Assembly: GCA_964476245.1 (NCBI GenBank)
Contig: CAYYYW010000005.1
Coordinates: 1-63,754, forward strand
DNA length: 63,754 nt
Direction: 5' to 3'
Source of the DNA: an uncultured Gammaproteobacteria bacterium
GTDB taxonomy: Bacteria > Patescibacteriota > Microgenomatia > UBA1406 > HO2-37-13b
Part shown: one piece after another, positions 28,962 through 38,334 of the stretch
Position numbering within the stretch: the stretch's first letter is position 1
How the letters are laid out: every line of letters begins with the position of its first letter
Notes under the pieces: model-generated
The model's input: only the letters and a program-made list of their open reading frames with translations
What the model was told of the DNA's origin: nothing
Database searches by the model: none
Program-made: the position numbers and the translations under genes

Positions 28962-29813
28962 CTAACTGACCAACAACAATCCAATAAAACTAGCGATTGC
29001 TCCTAGTAATTTTTGCGGTAGATAATCTCTCTCTTTTAAAAATATAATCGCCAATAAAACAGTAATAATTACACTAGTTAAGTTAGCTGAAACAACCTGT
29101 GAAGAATTGCTGGCTTTTTGCAAGGCAGAGAAGAATGTAATTGCCGAGACAGCATAGAAAATACAAAGTAAAGACATTTTTGCCAACAATTTGCACTCTA
29201 AAAAAGCCTTCATTTTTTTAACGGTATAGGGATACAAAAGCACTATTAGAAAAGCAGGAATAACAAAAGCTAAAAACACATACGGATAAACTGTAAAAGA
29301 TTTTAGGAGGAAACGATCATTAGTATTGGTGAAACCGAACAACATAGCGGCCAACAATGCCGTCACCTCTTTTTTGGAAAATTTTAGTTTTGCTGATTTG
29401 ATATTTACCAGAACAACACCCAAAAGAATAAAAAAGGCCCCCAATGTTTGACGGGAAGAGAGTTTTTCTTGAAGAAATAAAAATGAAGCTAAAATAGTAA
29501 ACAGCGCTCGACTGGCAAAAATGACAGTAAATCTTGACGCCTCAATCGACTTTAATGCTTGAAATATAAAAACATTACCAAAGCCGTAGAGCAAAGTCAT
29601 TAAAACCAAATTGAAGATAAGCGGCCTGATATTGGGAAAAGACATATCACTAAACATGAAACCAAAAACCCCAACGAAAAGACCGGTAAACAGCTGAAAA
29701 AATATGGAATAAGTCTTCGGGTCGCTTTTATCTTCTTTAAGAAGAATTCTTTGGAGTAAAATAGAAATTGAATAAAGGAAAACGCTGATAAGAATTAAAA
29801 CTTGCCAAGTCAT
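28962..29813 (-). CDS. EamA/DMT family transporter
   Basis: 283 aa, about 10 TMs in two repeated halves. Confidence 0.75.
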   Translation of the reverse strand: MTWQVLILISVFLYSISILLQRILLKEDKSDPKTYSIFFQLFTGLFVGVFGFMFSDMSFPNIRPLIFNLVLMTLLYGFGNVFIFQALKSIEASRFTVIFASRALFTILASFLFLQEKLSSRQTLGAFFILLGVVLVNIKSAKLKFSKKEVTALLAAMLFGFTNTNDRFLLKSFTVYPYVFLAFVIPAFLIVLLYPYTVKKMKAFLECKLLAKMSLLCIFYAVSAITFFSALQKASNSSQVVSANLTSVIITVLLAIIFLKERDYLPQKLLGAIASFIGLLLVS

Positions 29814-29820
29814 ATTTTTT

Positions 29821-30558
29821 TCATTTCAAACTATACCCACCATCAACTATTAATATCTCCCCGGTAATATAACTGGCCTCATCTGAAGCTAAAAATAAAA
29901 TTGCTTTGGCAATTTCTTCAGGTTTGGCGATTCGCTTTAATGGCGTTTGCTGTCTAAAAAATTCTATTAATTCTTTGCCTGCGTCTTTAGTCATGTCGGT
30001 CATGACATTGCTTGGAGCTACTGCATTAACTCTAATTTTTGGAGCCAGTTCTTTAGCAAAAGATTTAGTTATGGTTATAAGACCGCCTTTAGCTGAAGTA
30101 TATGCGAGAACTGGAGCGGCGCCTAAAAAACCGTAAACCGAAGTGAGATTTACAATAGAACCACCTTTATTTTTAAGCATTAAAGGAGCAACCTCTTTTA
30201 TCATTAGCCAGACACTTGTTAAATTAACGTCGAGCGTCTTGTGCCAAGTGTTTATATCTGACTTCCAATTACCCGGTCTTAAAATCTCTCCAGCATTATT
30301 TATTAAAATATCAATTTTGCCGAATCTCTTAATTGTCTCACTAACTAACCTTTTTACATTGCTTTCTTTTGAGACATCAGCTTGAACCAACAAGGCGTTA
30401 GTTCTTCCAATTATTTGAACTACTTTTTCTGCCTCTTTTTTATTACTTTTATAGTTAACAACAATATTTGCCCCTTCTTTAGCAAAAAGAAGAGCCGTAG
30501 CTTTTCCTATTCCCCGTGAAGAACCAGTAATGATGGCAACTTTATTTTTTAATCTCAT
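29821..30558 (-). CDS. SDR family oxidoreductase (FabG-like)
   Basis: TGSSRGIG, NNAG, YTSAK. Confidence 0.85.
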   Translation of the reverse strand: MRLKNKVAIITGSSRGIGKATALLFAKEGANIVVNYKSNKKEAEKVVQIIGRTNALLVQADVSKESNVKRLVSETIKRFGKIDILINNAGEILRPGNWKSDINTWHKTLDVNLTSVWLMIKEVAPLMLKNKGGSIVNLTSVYGFLGAAPVLAYTSAKGGLITITKSFAKELAPKIRVNAVAPSNVMTDMTKDAGKELIEFFRQQTPLKRIAKPEEIAKAILFLASDEASYITGEILIVDGGYSLK

Positions 30559-30624
30559 GTTTTCTTAATATTGATTACCAACGCTTTATTTTAACATAAA
30601 TTGTGTCCTCTTCTGTTTGGGGTT

Positions 30625-30951
30625 TTAACGCGTGGTGAGAATAAAAACAATTATAAGAAGAGTAAAAAGAAAAAGCCATCCGGTTGTATAAATGACAAGT
30701 TTTATCGCTTGATTAGTTTGCTTCTTTTGCCAAAGCAAGATAGCCGGGTAACCTAAAGTTAAAAGAGCGCAAATAAGAGCAGACGTGCTAAAAAGAATTA
30801 GAAAAAGAAGCGGCCCCAGATAATTAGGCGCTTTCCCAAACCACTTGTTCCCACGCCAAAAAAGAAGAGCGATCAAACTACAATAACTTGTTAAAGCAAA
30901 AGCTTGTAACAAAGAAATTAATCCTAAAGAAAAGTTTTTATTTTTTTCCAT
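30625..30951 (-). CDS. Hypothetical small membrane protein
   Basis: 108 aa, 3-4 TMs, no motif. Confidence 0.5.
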   Translation of the reverse strand: MEKNKNFSLGLISLLQAFALTSYCSLIALLFWRGNKWFGKAPNYLGPLLFLILFSTSALICALLTLGYPAILLWQKKQTNQAIKLVIYTTGWLFLFTLLIIVFILTTR

Positions 30952-30979
30952 ACTTGTTCTGATATTTTAACACATTATC

Positions 30980-31675
30980 TTAAGCTTTCTTTTTTAATCT
31001 TTTCTGCACTGCCTCGCTTTCCAGTTCCCGAATGGCATCGGCCGCAATCCAGCGGGCCGCTTTAGAATTTATCTCAAGAATCTCTTTGGCTGTTTTTATG
31101 GCCGCTTTATTCAAATTAATATTCTTTTTCCCAATATTTCTTAGGGCCCAGTTGACTGCTTTTCTGACAAAATTTCGCTCGTCAGTCGCCCCCTCTTTAA
31201 TTATAGAAAAAAAACCCGTGAAGAATTCATCAGCAGATTGCTTGTTATACCAGGCAAGACAAGCTATAAGAGCGAAAGCCGTTCGCTTGACAAACTCCTC
31301 TTTTCGTTTTGACCATTGTCTGATTTTTTCCAAAACAAAAGGGGTTTTTTCAAAAAGATTCATACATAATTGGTCGCAGACATCCCATGAGTCAATATCC
31401 TTTACCCAGTTTTCCATTTGCTCGTTGGTAACCATTTTTGGGTCATCAATCATCCCCGCCAGAATCATCGCCTCGGCAATTCCCGTTTCCCAAAGTTTAA
31501 TTGCTAATTGATGGTTTTTACCTATTTCTTTGGCCATTTTTCTTAAGGTAGGAATAGCCACTCCCAGCCTTTTTTTTCCTTTCATTCCATATTTAGCCAT
31601 CCCGGCTAAATTTTCCGGTTTGGCTTTAGATTGTAGTTCGTCTAAAATGTCTTCTAATGAAACTTTATTATCCAT
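30980..31675 (-). CDS. DNA alkylation repair protein (AlkC/AlkD-like HEAT-repeat glycosylase family)
   Basis: NLAGMAKYGM..LGV..PTLRKMAKEIG..WVKDIDSWDVCDQ pattern of PF08713-type proteins (from memory). Confidence 0.7.
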   Translation of the reverse strand: MDNKVSLEDILDELQSKAKPENLAGMAKYGMKGKKRLGVAIPTLRKMAKEIGKNHQLAIKLWETGIAEAMILAGMIDDPKMVTNEQMENWVKDIDSWDVCDQLCMNLFEKTPFVLEKIRQWSKRKEEFVKRTAFALIACLAWYNKQSADEFFTGFFSIIKEGATDERNFVRKAVNWALRNIGKKNINLNKAAIKTAKEILEINSKAARWIAADAIRELESEAVQKRLKKKA

Positions 31676-31691
31676 AGTTTATTTTGTCTAA

Positions 31692-32396
31692 TTATATCTT
31701 AAGCCTACTCGTATCTAAATTAATCCCCGCCGCTTTTATAAACTTAGCATGTTGTTGGGTTATTTGTTTTACTTCTTTAATGGCTCCTTTTTCCCCTCTT
31801 TCTTCAAGCGCATGGATAAGCCTATTGGTGTAAGGAATAAAACGAATCTGTAAGATACTGTTTATTTCTTTGGAAAATTGCGGCAGCCTCTTACCAAAAG
31901 TTAAAGCAAAGTGGTTGCCTTGTAGGTTGTCAATCCACTTTGCCAGCAAAATTTCCAGTTTCTCAATTTTTTCTACTTCCCCCTCAAATTCATCAAACCA
32001 CCCGAGCAATTCTCTCTTTATCTCTGGTAATTGTTGGCTTAATTTCTCCACTCCTTGTCTCTCCGCCATTTTATCATCTGCCGCTCCCTTTATTTTTTGA
32101 TATAAAGAAACGTCGCCTTTATCGGTTTCTCCTAAGTCATGATTTAAAAGAATTTCGTAAACCTCCATTGAATTTACCAAGGAATCAAGTTTCGGACATA
32201 TTCTTCTTAGAAGAAACCAAAACTCCATCGCTGCCCAAGCATGACCAGCTATAGATTCTACTTTCCCCTGGTCAAATGCATGTTTAAAGTAGGGAGTATC
32301 TCGCCATCTGTTTTGCCAATTGCCTTTGTAGGCTTGAGATAACAACTTATACATTCCTATTATTAATTTTTCAGTTTTTTTCTGTCGTGTCTTCAT
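31692..32396 (-). CDS. HD-domain phosphohydrolase (YfbR-like 5'-deoxynucleotidase family)
   Basis: GHAW..LLNHDLGETDKGD metal-binding pattern. Confidence 0.6.
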   Translation of the reverse strand: MKTRQKKTEKLIIGMYKLLSQAYKGNWQNRWRDTPYFKHAFDQGKVESIAGHAWAAMEFWFLLRRICPKLDSLVNSMEVYEILLNHDLGETDKGDVSLYQKIKGAADDKMAERQGVEKLSQQLPEIKRELLGWFDEFEGEVEKIEKLEILLAKWIDNLQGNHFALTFGKRLPQFSKEINSILQIRFIPYTNRLIHALEERGEKGAIKEVKQITQQHAKFIKAAGINLDTSRLKI

Positions 32397-32562
32397 GTCC
32401 TAATTATATATCATTTTTTGCTGTGTCCTTCCGTAGTCCCGCTAAGCGGGACGAAGGAGGATAAAATTAAAGCAGAGTGGTATACCAAACAAACTCAGGA
32501 TTATTTTTAAAGGGAACGCAAGATTCGCAAAATAGCTAAAATGTGACAGCGAAGCAACTAAA

Positions 32563-33000
32563 TTAACGCGTAGAGACAAGACTTTTTCCTTTACTTTGCA
32601 TTACTAGGGAAAGCAATAGAGTGGAAACGCGTGAATCTGAAAATAAATCATTTTGAACATAAATAAGTCCACGGGCAGTAATTATAACTTGGGTATTTGG
32701 AAGCTGCAATTCAATGTTGGTAGGAACTAGGGCAGTTGTGCCATTTGGAAATAGCTGAAGATCACCGAATTCAATTAAATCTACTACTCTTTCATTTGGA
32801 TTCCATCGACCATATAATGGTAAAGTATTTGGTCCAGAGTGAATTAGATTGCAACGATAAGGTAAGGGTAGTTTTACTTGTAGTCCATGCCAACGCGCAT
32901 CATCAGGCCATTGACCGAATAATGAGCACTTAATTAGAGATGGAACAGCAAGTTCGGGATGAAGAATACTCATCTTTGGATTTTCGTTTGAATAAACCAT
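32563..33000 (-). CDS. Hypothetical protein
   Basis: 145 aa. LFPNGTTALVPTNIELQLPNTQVIITARG weakly recalls the dUTPase/dCTP-deaminase beta-barrel, but later motifs are absent. Confidence 0.4.
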   Translation of the reverse strand: MVYSNENPKMSILHPELAVPSLIKCSLFGQWPDDARWHGLQVKLPLPYRCNLIHSGPNTLPLYGRWNPNERVVDLIEFGDLQLFPNGTTALVPTNIELQLPNTQVIITARGLIYVQNDLFSDSRVSTLLLSLVMQSKGKSLVSTR

Positions 33001-33083
33001 GAAATATGTTGTTATTATACCAAGATTTGCTTATTTATTAAGGGTTTTTTTCTTATTAACTTTTTATTATGATCATATTTTAC

Positions 33084-33163
33084 AACCGCGGTGGTTACGG
33101 TTATTGTCATAAAACAAAATATGTGTTTTAACTGTTGCTAAGGTATCCGCAACCCCTGCGGTT
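33084..33163. repeat. Complete palindromic copy of the CCGCGG repeat family
   Basis: aaccgcggtggttacgg (33084-33100) ... ccgcaacccctgcggtt (33147-33163); the arms match 14/17 as reverse complements. Confidence 0.7.
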
Positions 33164-33278
33164 GAATTACTGAAAATCTATTTCCTTGATGGTGAAGGAT
33201 TTTTTAGATGTGGTGGAAATGAAAGCTTTACGGGGCAGGGGAGAGGAAATAAAGAGACTGTAAACTCAACCAACATTG

Positions 33279-33911
33279 CTATTTAACCGCTTGAATTAAA
33301 GAAACATGAAGCCAAATTTTACTCTCTTTAATTTGCTTAAAACCTGCTTGTTTAACAAACTGCGGAATTTTACCCTCATAGTTATCTTTTGTATGTTCGA
33401 AAAGATTTTGAATTGAAGCTATTTTAGCTAATATCGGATTTTTAGGTCTGGAAAAAACTACCAAATAGCATCTACCTTTTGGCCTCAAAACTCGATACAT
33501 CTCTCTTAAGGCTTGTTTCTTGTATTCAGTAGGCAGGTGATGAAGGGTAAGACTACACCAGACGGCGTTAAAAGAGTTATCCTTAAATGGCAATTTCTCA
33601 GCTAAAGCAGCACAAAAATTGATATTCAATCGTCTTGCTCTTGTTTTTTTCTTAGCAATATCAAGTATTTTAGAGTCAGCATCAATACCATAGAGTTTTA
33701 CTTTAGGGTATCTAGAATTCAAGAGAATTAAATCCTCTCCTGTTCCACAACCCACATCAAGAATCTTCCAGTTGTTTTTTAATACTACTTGACTAAGTAT
33801 CTTTTCATGAAGCTTCTTTCGTGAACCAAATGTACCTCCCAAATCGTAGAGAGGCGTCAAGAAGCTTAAGAGTAGTGCTGGTTTAAATTTGTATTCTGTT
33901 TTAACAGCCAT
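33279..33911 (-). CDS. Class I SAM-dependent methyltransferase
   Basis: Motif I ILDVGCGTG; LRPKGRCYLV. Confidence 0.85.
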   Translation of the reverse strand: MAVKTEYKFKPALLLSFLTPLYDLGGTFGSRKKLHEKILSQVVLKNNWKILDVGCGTGEDLILLNSRYPKVKLYGIDADSKILDIAKKKTRARRLNINFCAALAEKLPFKDNSFNAVWCSLTLHHLPTEYKKQALREMYRVLRPKGRCYLVVFSRPKNPILAKIASIQNLFEHTKDNYEGKIPQFVKQAGFKQIKESKIWLHVSLIQAVK

Positions 33912-33926
33912 TTTGACTTATTTAAT

Positions 33927-34295
33927 TTATTCCTTTATCATTCGCCACTGTTTAAACATCGTGCATAGGCCTTTTTTATTAAGCCTAACCAAAAACACTC
34001 CGTCAAATTTTTGGCGTTTGTCTTTGGGTAGGGTAGTGCGTGAAACTTCCCAATGGATTAAGCCCAAGTTTCCTTTGATCATCAAGACATCATAATTAAA
34101 AGTAATGTCTTTTTGATTGTGAGGTACAACTTTCCACAATTTGACTACTTCCTCCCAAGACCTACAAGGTTCAGAAAAAGGAGATTCATAATATTCAACG
34201 TCTTTGCTCAATGTAGACAAAGCTCCTTTTGGGTCCAAATCAGCCCATGCCTTTAAAAATTTTTCTGCCCAAATACTAAAATCTTTTTTTGTCAT
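33927..34295 (-). CDS. NTF2/SnoaL-like fold protein
   Basis: 122 aa with an alpha+beta cone-like pattern (FLKAWADLDP..VEYYESPF..). Weak call. Confidence 0.4.
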   Translation of the reverse strand: MTKKDFSIWAEKFLKAWADLDPKGALSTLSKDVEYYESPFSEPCRSWEEVVKLWKVVPHNQKDITFNYDVLMIKGNLGLIHWEVSRTTLPKDKRQKFDGVFLVRLNKKGLCTMFKQWRMIKE

Positions 34296-34309
34296 AATTA
34301 AACCCCTTT

Positions 34310-35005
34310 TTATCTAGGAAATGCTCCGTTATTTATATCAACACAAATGCCATTGATATACTCAGGACAGTCAGTTGCCAACCAATAAATCGTTTCAGCA
34401 ACTTCCTCAGGCTTGGCAAATCGGCCTGTGTAAACCAGTTTTTTTAATCCTTCCTTTCTCTCTTTTGGAATTGTTTTTAACAAATCTGTCTCTACCGGTC
34501 CTGGAGCAACAGCATTAACAACTATTCCTTTACCTCCCAGCGCTTTAGCAAAACTCTTAGTCATGTTAATCACTCCAGCTTTAGTAATCCCATACCAAAC
34601 ATCTGGATGACCAATTTCTCCAGCAATTGAGGCGACATTAATAATCCGACCAAACTTTTTTTTCAGCATGCTTTTAGAAAATTCCTTTATAAGGGCTACA
34701 GGAGATTTGATGTTGACTGACAAGATTTCTTCAACTTTTTCTTCGGGATAATTATCAAAAGGCAAGGCATGCATTATTCCAGCATTATTAACTAAAATAT
34801 CAACTTCACCGATTTTGTTAGCCAACTCTACAATCTTGATGTGATTTTTTAAGTCAAATTCTATTAATTTGAGGTTTTGGTGCTTAATCTTAAGAGTAGA
34901 AAAATCCCTAGCTACAACAATTACTTCATAACTATTGGCAAGAAACTTTTTTGTAGTTGCTAAACCTATCCCTTTATTCCCGCCTGTTATTAAAACTTTT
35001 TTCAT
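34310..35005 (-). CDS. SDR family oxidoreductase
   Basis: TGGNKGIG, NNAG, YGITK. Confidence 0.85.
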   Translation of the reverse strand: MKKVLITGGNKGIGLATTKKFLANSYEVIVVARDFSTLKIKHQNLKLIEFDLKNHIKIVELANKIGEVDILVNNAGIMHALPFDNYPEEKVEEILSVNIKSPVALIKEFSKSMLKKKFGRIINVASIAGEIGHPDVWYGITKAGVINMTKSFAKALGGKGIVVNAVAPGPVETDLLKTIPKERKEGLKKLVYTGRFAKPEEVAETIYWLATDCPEYINGICVDINNGAFPR

Positions 35006-35006
35006 C

Positions 35007-35369
35007 TTATTCTGCCCCCTTTCTTATGTTCTCAATCACCTGTCTAATATCTCCCTCAAAATGCCAATAAGTTAAAGATTGTTTATCAAAAGGGTTTGCG
35101 TGAATATGCCAAACACCTTCAGGTTTAATCTGTAATTTATCTCTTTCGTTAAGTCTATAGTTTCTGCCTTTTAGACTATCAAATAGAACCATTACACAGC
35201 TTCCTTTTACCTGGGTTAAGTTTTCAATCCCTCCCCAACGATTATGGATGGTTAATGAGGAATGGGGTTTAAGCTCAAGATAACCCACGCTTTCCTTCCT
35301 GGTGGACTCACCTAAATAAAAAGCTCCTTGTTCTATTTCAATTTTTTGGCATTTTTTTATATCATACAT
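35007..35369 (-). CDS. Cupin-fold protein
   Basis: 120 aa, beta-rich, H..W..H-containing segment (LTIHNRWGG..WHIHANP). GGAGG sits 7 nt before the ATG. Confidence 0.4.
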   Translation of the reverse strand: MYDIKKCQKIEIEQGAFYLGESTRKESVGYLELKPHSSLTIHNRWGGIENLTQVKGSCVMVLFDSLKGRNYRLNERDKLQIKPEGVWHIHANPFDKQSLTYWHFEGDIRQVIENIRKGAE

Positions 35370-35514
35370 AATTAACCTCCCATTCTTTCCGCAAATTCTT
35401 TTGAATTGATTTTTGTTTTCTTCATTTTCTTTATTTTACCTCAAACCAAAACCTATATTGAAGCAAATACAGTAACTCTTGATATACTGGTCATCTGTTT
35501 CTCAAGATTTATTC

Positions 35515-35928
35515 CTAACGCCAGCTTTCTTTGTTTCTATACATCCAGCTAGTGATATTTCCTTTTTCGCACCACTTAATGGCTTTTTGGATTTCGTATT
35601 TGCATAGATACTTATCATAATTGCACCTGTTTTGTTCTGGTATGGATTTGTCTAACTCATAAAGAAAAAGTAGGGCTTTTTTGTCTGCTAATTGACCTAA
35701 TGCCCAGATGGCAGAATTTCTGGCTCTGAATGTGTTATTGTCTGATTGAATATATTTAATCAAGGAGTCAACACAGTCCTCTTTGTATTCGTTTTGAGCT
35801 CTTAAACATACAGCCTTGACATCTTTGTAAATCACAAAAAAAGAGCAGACGAGAAGTGTCAAAACAAGAATAGAAATAGAAATAACTGAAACAAAAATTA
35901 TCCTTTTTGGATTTATCCTTTTCTTCAT
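35515..35928 (-). CDS. Membrane-anchored HEAT-repeat protein
   Basis: TM anchor, then RARNSAIWALGQLADKKALLFL, a HEAT-like repeat. Confidence 0.5.
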   Translation of the reverse strand: MKKRINPKRIIFVSVISISILVLTLLVCSFFVIYKDVKAVCLRAQNEYKEDCVDSLIKYIQSDNNTFRARNSAIWALGQLADKKALLFLYELDKSIPEQNRCNYDKYLCKYEIQKAIKWCEKGNITSWMYRNKESWR

Positions 35929-35980
35929 ACTAAATATATTTTATCAATAATTACCAAATTTACAATTTGCAACGCTTTAC

Positions 35981-35997
35981 AACCGCGGGGGTTATGG
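35981..35997 (-). repeat. CCGCGG-family repeat, minus-oriented half copy
   Basis: aaccgcgggggttatgg, followed by ttgttgttctgacaatttaaat, which resembles the other copies. Confidence 0.6.
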
Positions 35998-36284
35998 TTG
36001 TTGTTCTGACAATTTAAATCACTTGACTAATTTTATCTATGCCCCTTCGCCCCGCTAAGCGGAGTTACGGTTTACACCTCATAGCGCATTTCGCGCGACG
36101 TGGTGTGGGTGTATACCACTTTTGCAAAATCAAAGCAGAGTGGTATAAGCCTTACTTATGCTTATTAAACATCTGTCCCGTTTTTTTCTGAAAGAATTTA
36201 AGGTAGATGATGGGAAGAATGCCAACGTGGTAATAATAATAAAACAAAATGTTGCTCTGAAATATTCATATTAACGATTATATT

Positions 36285-37748
36285 TCACTGATAAACCAAT
36301 CTTCCTTCTATCTGCCGGTATGAGTTTGGGTGGTTACGAAAATATTCCTCTAAAACTTCTTGGGCTGAAGTAGTGATTAGTTTGGTCTTGCCAGAAGCAG
36401 TTAAATCCTCTTGACTGATGTTTAGGTAAGCTTTGGCGTTTCCGAAATGATAATTTTGCAGGCAGATGGTGTAAAATGAAGTATTGGAAATCGGCACGTC
36501 ATCGATATCTAAAGATATCAGTTTCCGCTCTTTGTCTGAGTAAATTGCCTTTACTTTAGCGTTTATCTGATAACATTCTCCTTCGCCGTCGCGGTTCTCC
36601 GGTCTCATTATATGGTTAAAAATTTGTTTTAGTTGAGCGCCAGTGATAGTAAACCTCGTTAAAGTATCATCGTAGGGAAAACAGGCGAGAAAATCCTTTA
36701 AGGTGACAGCCGGTCCTAATTTTTTTACCCGGATCGAACCACTGCCCACCAACATTACATCGCATTCAGCCCGTTCGGCAAATACGTCGGCAATGAAATT
36801 TCCTAAAGTCGTCTCCATCTCCCGTTGGGGGTGGGTTAACTCTATGGCTAGTTTACAAATAAGAGCACTATATTTTTTATCCACTTGACTCTTAAATGAA
36901 TTGATAAAATCTTCCAATTGTTTATCTGGTTTAGCTATCTTTTCATTAATGGGAATTAACTGCCATTTATAGTTAACGATGGAGTTGGTGTCGTCGTCAA
37001 CAGCAATGTCGAAGCGACCGATCTGGTCGGTGCCGACGCCGGCTTGGGCAATAAGAATGTTATTAACTTTCGCTGGTTTATCAAGAATTGTATGCGAATG
37101 ACCGCCGATGATCATGTCTACGCCCCATTCCGGTTTAAGAAATTTTGCTAGTTCGATATCCGATTCATAACCTATATGAGTTAACAAAATCGTCAGGTCA
37201 ATATCGTCATTTTTATAAGCATTACAGATTCTGCCAACCTCTTTTCCTGCCTCAGCTAAAGTGACAAAGCTACCAATGAGTTGATCTTGCTTAATCGCAT
37301 CCATAATTTTTTCGGTGATGATACCGGTAAAAAGAATGTCGAAACCAGCCTTTTTGATAATTAAGTAAGGCAACATTAACCTTTTGTGATTTTTGCGAAT
37401 ATAGAGATTGGCATTGACGATTGGGAAATTAGCCACTTTCTCCAAAAAAAGAAGGTGGGGCAGACCATAATCTATTTCGTGATTGCCTAAAGTCACCACG
37501 TCTGGAGCTAACCAATTCATAATCTCCATTGTTGACAAACCTTTCCATTCGGTATCGATAAGCGACCCCTGAAGCATATCACCGGAGATCACATACAGAA
37601 CATTTTCTTCTTCTTTCCTAACCTTGTTAATATACCCTGAAAGAAGAGCTAAACCACCGATTAATTCCTTTTTCCCTTCTTTAATCTCTGCTAGAAAATC
37701 TCCATGCATGTCATTGGAGTGGAGGATAGTGAATTTTTTTGTTTTCAT
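36285..37748 (-). CDS. Bifunctional metallophosphatase/5'-nucleotidase (UshA family), no signal peptide
   Basis: DMHG, GDMLQG, GNHEID, GGHSH plus the C-terminal 5'-nucleotidase domain. ATG 37748 chosen because the 37820 start overlaps the upstream gene. Confidence 0.85.
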   Translation of the reverse strand: MKTKKFTILHSNDMHGDFLAEIKEGKKELIGGLALLSGYINKVRKEEENVLYVISGDMLQGSLIDTEWKGLSTMEIMNWLAPDVVTLGNHEIDYGLPHLLFLEKVANFPIVNANLYIRKNHKRLMLPYLIIKKAGFDILFTGIITEKIMDAIKQDQLIGSFVTLAEAGKEVGRICNAYKNDDIDLTILLTHIGYESDIELAKFLKPEWGVDMIIGGHSHTILDKPAKVNNILIAQAGVGTDQIGRFDIAVDDDTNSIVNYKWQLIPINEKIAKPDKQLEDFINSFKSQVDKKYSALICKLAIELTHPQREMETTLGNFIADVFAERAECDVMLVGSGSIRVKKLGPAVTLKDFLACFPYDDTLTRFTITGAQLKQIFNHIMRPENRDGEGECYQINAKVKAIYSDKERKLISLDIDDVPISNTSFYTICLQNYHFGNAKAYLNISQEDLTASGKTKLITTSAQEVLEEYFRNHPNSYRQIEGRLVYQ

Positions 37749-37756
37749 AAACTTAG

Positions 37757-38311
37757 TTAAGGGCCGGTTGCCAACTCGGCAATTTTCCAAAAATCTCCTT
37801 CTTTTATCAATGTTATCCAACGAATGTTTGGGTTATCTCCCCAGCCATAATAAGGAATTGGGGCATTGGCGGCTTCTGAGGAAACATAAGCCTCCAGAGT
37901 GACTTTATAACTATGTTTATCTTGACTCCAGCTTTCTTTCATTGACGGCTCAATACTCATGACATTAATTGACTTAATCGCGTCAAAATGAACTCCCCAG
38001 GTTTGTTTCGTTGAATCATCACCAACTGCATTGTTATTCATCATCGCAATTGCTTCCGGGATTCTCTTTTCGTTGATCAGATTAAAAAAGGTGCGAATTA
38101 TGTCTTCTTCAGTCGGAAGCGGCACAGAAGAAACCTGCTGTTTTTGTTGTTCTGTGGGTCGTACCGTTGCCCCCTGCTCTACTCCAGGGGTGGGGGTGAT
38201 GTCGGTGGTGGGGCGTCCGGCTCCGGCAAAAAACTTGACTGTTGTGAACGCACCAACGCCAACAGTCAAAACAATTACCAATAAAAAAATAAGAGAAAAC
38301 CCTTTTTTCAT
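37757..38311 (-). CDS. Hypothetical secreted/membrane-anchored protein
   Basis: MKKGFSLIFLLVIVLTVGVGAF signal anchor. ATG 38311 chosen. Confidence 0.5.
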   Translation of the reverse strand: MKKGFSLIFLLVIVLTVGVGAFTTVKFFAGAGRPTTDITPTPGVEQGATVRPTEQQKQQVSSVPLPTEEDIIRTFFNLINEKRIPEAIAMMNNNAVGDDSTKQTWGVHFDAIKSINVMSIEPSMKESWSQDKHSYKVTLEAYVSSEAANAPIPYYGWGDNPNIRWITLIKEGDFWKIAELATGP

Positions 38312-38334
38312 ATTTTTTACCAAATAATTAATAA

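Noticed and set aside
31032-31511. Long antisense ORFs in the track. Examples: 31032-31511 (159 aa), 8684-8995, 27459-27800, 25278-25601, 2371-2694, 39746-40072, 53394-53699, 42951-43268, 63203-63586.
   Set aside because: Each lies wholly inside a well-supported gene on the other strand. They have low-complexity, motif-free translations and no start context, so they are shadow frames. 63203-63586 is antisense to the partial methyltransferase that runs off the window end.
35385-35438. 17-codon upstream ORF (MKKTKINSKEFAERMGG) overlapping the SD of the cupin gene, resembling the start of an XRE-type HTH.
   Set aside because: It is too short to evaluate. It is probably a remnant or chance ORF, and there is no way to support it from sequence alone.
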